Positions 59,101 through 64,000 of a DNA stretch of 64,000 bases are shown one piece after another; the stretch's first letter is position 1; each line of letters opens with the position of its first letter. The stretch comes from Trueperaceae bacterium. GTDB taxonomy: Bacteria > Deinococcota > Deinococci > Deinococcales > Trueperaceae. The notes under the pieces were generated by a model. That model was not told where the DNA came from, made no database searches, and saw nothing but the letters and a program-made list of their open reading frames with translations. The stretch lies in NCBI GenBank assembly GCA_965214405.1, contig OZ243956.1:3104001-3168000 (forward strand), in the 5' to 3' direction. A program made the position numbers and the translations under genes.

Positions 59101-59532
59101 TCTGCGTCTTACACTTTCGATAAAAATTGTGCTTACTCGAACGACAAAACAAGCATTATTTCCGTAGATGACCTTTACTTGTTAGGCATACTCAACTCAA
59201 AAGTTTCCGACTTAACTATCTTCTCTGTTTCATCAACAAAAAGGGGCGGCTACTACGAGTACAAACCGATGTACGTCTCACAACTCCCCATCCGCACCAT
59301 CGACTTCTCCAACCCTGCTGACAAAGCCGCGCACGACCGCATGACCGGGATGGTCGAGGCGATGCTCGAGCTGCAAGGGCAAAAAGCCGCACAAAAAGCT
59401 ACAGCCTCCGGGGACGCGCTTATTGACTTGAACGCCCGCATCACCGAGCTAGACGCGTCAATCGACGCGCTGGTGTATGAGCTTTATGGTTTGACGGATG
59501 AAGAGATTAAGATTGTGGAAGGAGCACCATGA
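56155..59532 (+). CDS. Eco57I-like (type IIG-like) N6-adenine DNA methyltransferase with C-terminal TRD
   Basis: PFLNGGLF, DPEMLGKVFENL, GAFYTPREIV, DPAIGSGAF (motif I), GNPPY (motif IV), TaqI-C-like region, ending YELYGLTDEEIKIVEG; ATGA overlap with the helicase. Confidence 0.9.
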   Translation: MNDAEARRLIETTFNKPYDETRFRRLIVNLLEVEPRNEKQSGSYIYEAFRDYVTSYQRTGKFTDADGNELDTLAVKLKSARMLERNRTTQRNFVAEYLKRRGKDAALVAFYADDAEDWRFSLIKLEYTLTETKTGRLSAKTDLTPARRYSFLVGQHEPNHTAQKQLVSLLTHPNPTLRELEAQFSIENVTKAFFEEYKARYLELQETLDALLAENEAVRGEFAAKNIDTTTFAKRLLGQIVFLYFLQKKGWLGVGRGEAWGSGPKDFLQRLFSGDIISYTNFYDDVLEPLFYDALAREHTDNYSPHLKRRVPFLNGGLFEPINNYDWVNVDIPLPNTLFERVFKTFSTYNFTVREDEPLEREVAVDPEMLGKVFENLLEVTDRKSKGAFYTPREIVHYMCQESLINYLDTSLNTVKKPLAPSLPTQDDLFGTPQPRQESLYQEVYEERVPRADLESFIRLGDASSEHDATTAQKERETTAYSFKASESVRDHAPKIDAALAAIKICDPAIGSGAFPVGMMNEIVRSRAALTPFLTGEARTLYDFKRHAIQESLYGVDIDESAVDIAKLRLWLSLVVDEDDFGTIKPLPNLAYKIVAGNSVLSLAGAMVDDKEMRELERLKREYFDETRSSRKKDLEARINSALRSVFSSAQDFGAQATFDFRIHFSEVFHAQGSKPGGFDVVIGNPPYVRQEALGDLKPLLKDKYEAYHGSADLFVYFIELGVKLLKKGGTFSYIVANKWMRANYGKPLRTWLKKQQLLTIIDYGDLPVFETATTYPCILFIGKDKPGKEVRVVKMEELAFDKLNAYVEEHGYKQAQAELDDGGWSLANQDVQKVLDKINKVGVPLEQYVNGKIYRGVLTGLNEAFVIDEATRAKLIAEDAKSAEVIKPFLAGRDVKRYQPPQSDKYLILFPNGWTNEHSGDASDKWVWLQKEYLAVAKHLQPFEKQAKKRYDQGEYWWELRACAYYDKFEKPKIIIPAIVSSASYTFDKNCAYSNDKTSIISVDDLYLLGILNSKVSDLTIFSVSSTKRGGYYEYKPMYVSQLPIRTIDFSNPADKAAHDRMTGMVEAMLELQGQKAAQKATASGDALIDLNARITELDASIDALVYELYGLTDEEIKIVEGAP

Positions 59533-59750
59533 AAAGGCTAAAAGTGATTGTCGAAAAGCACGAGGATGGCTACGTCGCTTACCCGCTCGGGCTCAAGGGT
59601 GTGGTGGTGGGTCAGGGTGACAGCTATGAAGAAGTCATGGCGGATGTGAAGTCGGCGATTGCGTTTCACATCGAGACGTTTGGTAGCGACATGCTCGAGG
59701 ACTCGCCGGTGTTAGAAGCGTTTGTCGCCGAGACGGTGGCGGGCGTGTAG
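59529..59750 (+). CDS. HicB-like antitoxin
   Basis: VIVEKHEDGYVAYP.GL.G.VVGQGDSYEE...DVKSAI.FH. Confidence 0.82.
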   Translation: MKRLKVIVEKHEDGYVAYPLGLKGVVVGQGDSYEEVMADVKSAIAFHIETFGSDMLEDSPVLEAFVAETVAGV

Positions 59751-59987
59751 GTGAAGTTTCCGGTTGACGCACCCAAAGCGAAGGTCGTGAAGGCGTTATA
59801 GCTTCTCGGCTTTGAGATGATCCGCGAACGGGAGCACATCGCCATGATTCGGTATAACACGGACGGAACTAAAACGCCCCTGACGCTGCCCAACCATAAA
59901 ACCATCAAAGGCTCGACGCTGAGAACAATTTGCACGCAGGCAGGTATCGCTCGAGGAGATTTTCTGAGGGCTTATGAGCAAGCGTGA
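59751..59987 (+). pseudogene. HicA-like toxin with an in-frame stop
   Basis: Manual translation MKFPVDAPKAKVVKAL*LLGFEMIREREHIAMIR...LTLPNHKTIKGSTLRTICTQAGI; TAG at 59799-59801. Confidence 0.8.
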
Positions 59988-60048
59988 GGCAATTGACGTG
60001 TTCACGAACCAAGGAAGAGATTGGGGTGGTTGAGGCGGCGGTGGCGGG

Positions 60049-60297
60049 GTGACTTATGATGTTGGCTTTAAGCCTCGAGCGCTCAAAGACCTAGACGCCA
60101 TCGACAAGCTCGAGGGCGCGCGCATCACCGAAAAGATTGAGGCGATGCGCGAGGATTTGGCGGGGGACGTTAAAAAGCTCACCAACTTTACACCCGACTA
60201 CCGTTTGCGTGTCGGCAACTACCGCGTTCTGTTCGCGCTCGAGGATAATAGGATTGTCATTTACCGCGTTCGTCACCGCAAAGACGTCTACAAGTGA
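60049..60297 (+). CDS. RelE/ParE-family toxin
   Basis: F.PRALKDL, VKKL, YRLRVGNYRVLF and V.HRKDVY motifs. Confidence 0.88.
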   Translation: MTYDVGFKPRALKDLDAIDKLEGARITEKIEAMREDLAGDVKKLTNFTPDYRLRVGNYRVLFALEDNRIVIYRVRHRKDVYK

Positions 60298-60311
60298 GAA
60301 AGGATTGCCCC

Positions 60312-60515
60312 GTGGCTGATTTGGCTTTACATCCAGAGTTTTTAGTTAAAAATGGCAAAAGAGAGTTTGTCGTGCTGCCTTACGAAGAGTTCGAGGCGTT
60401 GCAAGAGCTTCTTGCCGACGCGCAAGACCTCATCGACTTGAGAGAAGCCAAAGAGGCAGAAGGGGACGCGCCTACGGTGTCGCTAGAGGAAGTCAAGCGG
60501 CAGTTAGGTCTGTAG
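60312..60515 (+). CDS. Antitoxin downstream of RelE (Phd-like)
   Basis: LHPEFL.KNGKREFVVLPYEEF..LQE.L.DA.DL..LREAK..E...SLEEVK. Confidence 0.78.
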   Translation: MADLALHPEFLVKNGKREFVVLPYEEFEALQELLADAQDLIDLREAKEAEGDAPTVSLEEVKRQLGL

Positions 60516-60528
60516 AAGGGAGCGCTTC

Positions 60529-60741
60529 ATGAGCCTTGAAGAAGCCGTTGTGGAGAAATTGCGCGAGCTGCCGCCGGAACGTCAGCGGGAGGTGCTCGAC
60601 TTCGTGGAATTTTTAGAGAGTAAGTCACAGCGGGCGGCGGCGCTGGCGCGGATGCTTGCGGCGAGCGAAGACGCGGTGGTGTCTGAAGATTACGCGGCTG
60701 AACTCGAGCGTATGCGCTTCAATGAGCAGAAACGCGCGTGA
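60529..60741 (+). CDS. DUF2281-like antitoxin
   Basis: EKLRELPPERQREVLDFVEFL. Confidence 0.75.
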   Translation: MSLEEAVVEKLRELPPERQREVLDFVEFLESKSQRAAALARMLAASEDAVVSEDYAAELERMRFNEQKRA

Positions 60742-60869
60742 TTATTGGGTGCGACACAGGGTTCTTTGTTGAGTTTATTGCCAAAAATCCTGTTGTAAGA
60801 CAGGTGGTGCAAGACGCTGTACGAGGTGGACCAGGCTTGTCTCGAGCATTATCTGCATCTGTGAGTTGA
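60738..60869 (+). pseudogene. Truncated, frameshifted PIN (VapC-like) toxin remnant
   Basis: GTG overlapping the antitoxin stop gives MIIGCDTGFFVEF...; 'VSSIICICEL' appears in a shifted frame; no intact C-terminal half. Confidence 0.55.
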
Positions 60870-60989
60870 ACTCGGCCCAAGGAGCATGGCGAGTAAAGAG
60901 CCTGCGTTTGGTGTGGCTGCTGATATAGCCCGAATACCCTGGTTTGAGCGAGTATGGCCTATACGTTACTGTCTAGGACGCAGTTTAAG

Positions 60990-61080
60990 GGATGATACCT
61001 GCGTTGGTAGGCTCAGTGTCTGTAAAAACCGCTATACCGTGGTGGTTCAGCGCATTCTGCACCGTAAAGATGCTTATTAA
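60990..61080 (+). pseudogene. RelE C-terminal remnant
   Basis: 'TVVVQRILHRKDAY*' parallels 'IVIYRVRHRKDVYK*' and lies just before a paralogous antitoxin. Confidence 0.55.
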
Positions 61081-61089
61081 GGAGTAACG

Positions 61090-61299
61090 ATGGACGTTTT
61101 GGAACTGCACCCTTCGTTTATCGAGCGAGAGGGTAAAAAAGAATATGCGGTCCTGCCGATAGAGGAGTTCGAGCGGCTACAAACTTTTATTGAGGACGCT
61201 CGAGACTTGTTCTTGCTTAGACAAGCGAAAGCTGAGGACGACGGCGAAAGAATCTCTTTGGCTGAGGTAGAGGCGCGTTTGGGATTGACCTCTGAGTAG
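61090..61299 (+). CDS. Antitoxin paralog of 60312-60515
   Basis: LHPSFIEREGKKEYAVLPIEEFERLQ..IEDARDL..LRQAK; SD AAGGAG. Confidence 0.78.
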   Translation: MDVLELHPSFIEREGKKEYAVLPIEEFERLQTFIEDARDLFLLRQAKAEDDGERISLAEVEARLGLTSE

Positions 61300-61425
61300 C
61301 GGAGGCTGTGATGTGCTCATTTGTGAGCTTTACGGCCTGACTAAGGAGGGGATTGGGGTGGTTGAGGCGGCGGTGGCGTGACGCGCACATCTTCTTTTTG
61401 TATTAACAGCCGTATATACTAATTT

Positions 61426-61704
61426 ATGACGTTCGTGTGGGATGCCGCTAACTTAGAGCACATCGCCAAGCGCGGCTGGGAAGTTGAAGACGTTGAAGAA
61501 GTTTTCTCCGACCCGCAGCGTATCCGCACGGACGCTTACAACGCAGCCTTTGAAAAGCGCCGCGCCATCACAGGCTCAACGCGTTACGGCGATATCATCA
61601 CGGTTATCTACACAGTGCGTGGCAAAAGCATTCGCCCATTTTCCGTGCAGACTAGAGCCAAAGACGTTGCTCGTTACAAGCGGATGAGGAAGGAGAAACA
61701 GTGA
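61426..61704 (+). CDS. BrnT-like toxin
   Basis: FVWDAANLEHIAK.G...EEVF.DP...R....G......VIYT.R...IRPFS; leaderless TATACT-N5-ATG. Confidence 0.82.
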   Translation: MTFVWDAANLEHIAKRGWEVEDVEEVFSDPQRIRTDAYNAAFEKRRAITGSTRYGDIITVIYTVRGKSIRPFSVQTRAKDVARYKRMRKEKQ

Positions 61705-62105
61705 AAGTCATCAATGACCTGAGCGAGATTCCGAAGATGAATGCCGAAGAAGAGGCGCAGTTTTGGGAAGACCATGAGTTTGGCGAGGGTGTCTCTTTTC
61801 ATAAACCGAGTGAGAATGACCCTGAACTGCCGCCAGCCCGCGAGCGCAGTGCTGACGTGTTGCCCGAGGACGTTCTGGAAAAGCTTAGGGAAATCGCCCA
61901 GGAACGGGGTGTGTCGGTGCGCCGCTTGCTTAGAACGCTCGACAAACCCAAACGTTCGGGTCCTATCGCGGTGCGTTTCGAAGACGACACGGTGGCGCGA
62001 CTGAAAACGCTGGCCGAGCGTAAAGGTATGGGGTACCAAACGCTCCTGAAAACTTTTGTGCAAGAACGGCTTTATGAGGAGGAAAAGCGCGAGGGGATGG
62101 GTTAG
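61701..62105 (+). CDS. BrnA/CopG-like antitoxin
   Basis: IP.M..EEEA.FWEDH; C-terminus RL..LA..KG.GYQTLLK.FV.ERLYEEEKREG nearly identical to 50427-50759. Confidence 0.82.
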   Translation: MKVINDLSEIPKMNAEEEAQFWEDHEFGEGVSFHKPSENDPELPPARERSADVLPEDVLEKLREIAQERGVSVRRLLRTLDKPKRSGPIAVRFEDDTVARLKTLAERKGMGYQTLLKTFVQERLYEEEKREGMG

Positions 62106-62178
62106 AGAAAAGCTCTTACAAAGGCTTTTGAAAGTTCAAAGCTCGAGCCAAAGGAATCTCGCTGCCGTCTGGCAAGCT

Positions 62179-62538
62179 TTAGGGTGTGCGCTCGAGGCGC
62201 GCCTGAAGGTCTACCGTCTGGACGTTGCACGTTCCGTCCCTTACCCGCACGTTCTCCGCCGTCCAGTCCTCGTAACCGGGCTTTTGAACCAGAACGTCAT
62301 ACACGCCGGGTCTTTCGTAAGTTTCTGGAATCATCACAAGGTTGTCAAAGGCGTTCAAAGGGTCTACGAAAGCACCGTCACTGGCTGTACCCGTCGCGCC
62401 CTCCGCCGCGGGCGCGCCCGTCTGCGCGTCGCGGACTTCGACGGTCAGGTAGGGCGCGGCCACCGCCGGACAGACGCGGCTGCAACCGCCTAAAAGTACG
62501 ACAGAGCCGAGGATGACGGACAGGAAAAATACCTTCAC
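62179..62538 (-). CDS. Small lipoprotein with a carboxypeptidase-regulatory-like beta-sandwich
   Basis: Lipobox LGGC; V.VRDA.TG.P...A and PG.Y.V.V.KPGY motifs; SD AAGGAGG. Confidence 0.75.
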   Translation of the reverse strand: MKVFFLSVILGSVVLLGGCSRVCPAVAAPYLTVEVRDAQTGAPAAEGATGTASDGAFVDPLNAFDNLVMIPETYERPGVYDVLVQKPGYEDWTAENVRVRDGTCNVQTVDLQARLERTP

Positions 62539-62560
62539 AAGGTTCCTCCTTTTATTCTGC

Positions 62561-63580
62561 TCAGTCTGCCCCCACCATTCTAGGGGAAGCCGTTTTGGGT
62601 GGCAAGGTCAGCCGCGTCGCGTACAGCCTCAGCACCTCCCCCGCCGCCGCCACGAGGCGCCCTCGCAGCTCCTCCGGTTCCTGCACCTCAACAAGAGGCG
62701 TGAGGCCCAGAAGGAGGCTCACGGCCTGCTCAACGTTTTCAAAGGTGAGGTTGAGTGTTTGCCAGCCCTCCGCGTCCTCCTGGGAAAGCGCCTCGCGCGC
62801 CCACTCCCCCAGAACTCTGGGCAGCACGTCCGCGCCCTCCTTGGACACGCGCAAAAGAACAGGATACGTGGGGCGGCTCGTCTCGAAGTCGCGGCACCAC
62901 GCGTTCCAAAACTCGGCGAGGTCGAAATCCTGCGGGCGCTCGAACGGCTCGCCTAGCGCGGCCTCCTGGATGCGCGAGACCCGGTAGACTCGCATTCCGC
63001 GCGGCGTCTCGCCGACGACGTACCACACGCCGACTTTGGCGACCAAACCATAAGGCTTTAAGACCCGCCTCCGCACCCCGCCATCATCCGCGCAGTAAAC
63101 AAGGTTCAAGCGCCGCTCGTCCCACACCGCCTCCTGCACGGTTTGCAGGTGAGGCACAAATTCTTTGGGCGCGAACCAGCGGGCGGTGTCGAGGTGGACG
63201 CGCCCGCGCATCCCCTGGGCGCTGTGGCGGTGCATGGCGGGCAGCGCGGCGGAGAGTTTGAGCAGGGCGGACTCGAGCGCCCCCCCGAGCCCCAAGTCCA
63301 CCAAAGACCCCGGCACGCTTAAAGAAGAGAGCACCTGCGAGAGCGCCCGCACCTCCGCCTCTTTGAGCCCCGTGAGCCGCGTTTCATAGCCCTCCAAAAG
63401 CGCCACCCCGCCGCCGGGGCCGCGTTCGGCGTAGACGGGCACGCCCGCCGCGGAGAGCGCGTTTAGGTCGCGGTAGACGGTGCGCTCGGAGACCTCGAGT
63501 TCTTTGGAGAGTTCTCCGGCGGTCATCTTGCCCCGCGTCTGGATGAGTAGCAGCGTCGCCAAGAGCCTGTCAGCGCGCAT
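62561..63580 (-). CDS. HTH-WYL transcriptional regulator (YafY/PafB-like)
   Basis: MRADRLL..LLL...MTA.ELS.ELEVSERTVYRDL.AL...GVP, PYGLV.K.GVWY and YRVSRI motifs. Confidence 0.92.
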   Translation of the reverse strand: MRADRLLATLLLIQTRGKMTAGELSKELEVSERTVYRDLNALSAAGVPVYAERGPGGGVALLEGYETRLTGLKEAEVRALSQVLSSLSVPGSLVDLGLGGALESALLKLSAALPAMHRHSAQGMRGRVHLDTARWFAPKEFVPHLQTVQEAVWDERRLNLVYCADDGGVRRRVLKPYGLVAKVGVWYVVGETPRGMRVYRVSRIQEAALGEPFERPQDFDLAEFWNAWCRDFETSRPTYPVLLRVSKEGADVLPRVLGEWAREALSQEDAEGWQTLNLTFENVEQAVSLLLGLTPLVEVQEPEELRGRLVAAAGEVLRLYATRLTLPPKTASPRMVGAD

Positions 63581-63630
63581 GTTGGCCTCCTTTAGGACAT
63601 CCTTGTTAAGACAGTGTACGGGAGAAAACC

Positions 63631-63645
63631 TGACACGGGGTGTCA
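63631..63645. promoter_or_regulatory. Palindromic operator between the WYL regulator and the divergent SDR
   Basis: TGACAC-GGG-GTGTCA inverted repeat. Confidence 0.6.
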
Positions 63646-63669
63646 AGAAAGGCTTGTTAGGCTTGAGGT

Positions 63670-64000
63670 ATGACCAAACTAAAAGGGAAAGTAGCCGTCG
63701 TGGCAGGCGCAACCAGAGGCGCGGGGCGCGGCATCGCTGTAGAACTCGGCGCGGCGGGCGCTCTTGTTTACTGCACCGGGCGCAGCGTGCGTGGGCGGCC
63801 TTCTGATATGAACCGCCCCGAAACGATTGACGAAACCGCCGAGATGGTCTCAGCGCGTGGCGGCGTGGGTATCGCTGTACAGGTGGACCATACTCGAGAG
63901 GACGAAGTCAAAGCCCTCTCTGAGCGCGTCAACGCGGAGCAAAACGGGCGGCTCGACCTCCTGGTGAACGACATTTGGGGCGGCGAAAAGCTTATCGAGT
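63670..64000 (+). CDS. SDR-family oxidoreductase (DHRS1-like), partial
   Basis: MTKLKGKVAVVAGATRGAGRGIA.ELG..GA.VYCTGRS...GRLDLLVNDIWGG; runs off the window. Confidence 0.88.
   Translation, partial: MTKLKGKVAVVAGATRGAGRGIAVELGAAGALVYCTGRSVRGRPSDMNRPETIDETAEMVSARGGVGIAVQVDHTREDEVKALSERVNAEQNGRLDLLVNDIWGGEKLIE

Noticed and set aside
52949..59532. Complete DISARM or BREX system
   Set aside because: No drmA/drmB/drmC, pglZ or brxC-like genes are present in the window.
60019..61378. 28-bp direct repeats as a CRISPR array or attL/attR pair
   Set aside because: Only two copies 1.3 kb apart with no cas or integrase gene; better explained as MTase 3'-end remnants.

Overview
GC-rich bacterial chromosomal segment, most likely Deinococcota and Truepera-like. 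This is inferred from pervasive leaderless TANNNT-N5-6-start genes and from gene content, not from a search. Bases 1-50 kb hold housekeeping and accessory genes: a DUF5060 lipoprotein, scpA, an IS5/IS1031-type element, a cupin-HD-GYP gene, a PQQ sugar dehydrogenase, a Pat-type acetyltransferase, cysK, a UDPGP-family pyrophosphorylase, two SRPBCC paralogs, split mnmC-like genes, menC/NSAR, a vapBC pair, a PIG-L/amidohydrolase/argininosuccinate-lyase-like/sugar-ABC cluster, an Opp-type ABC operon, a monoheme CXXCH protein, MFS transporters, mutM and hisA. Bases 50.1-62.1 kb form a defence island: a PLD-SNF2 helicase and an Eco57I-like N6-adenine methyltransferase surrounded by about seven toxin-antitoxin modules, several decayed, plus an IS5/IS427-type element. 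The most notable candidates are: (1) a cupin-HD-GYP gene followed by a lipoprotein ending in PVDPFRFNE and a tiny secreted precursor with two DxPVTNPFRFS repeats, a possible undescribed peptide-signalling module; (2) degenerate copies of the methyltransferase 3' end that precede successive TA cassettes; (3) strong CTCGAG over-representation; (4) mutM with an ATC codon at its obligatory start position; (5) several structured intergenic RNA candidates. All family assignments come from motif recognition by eye; no database searches were run.
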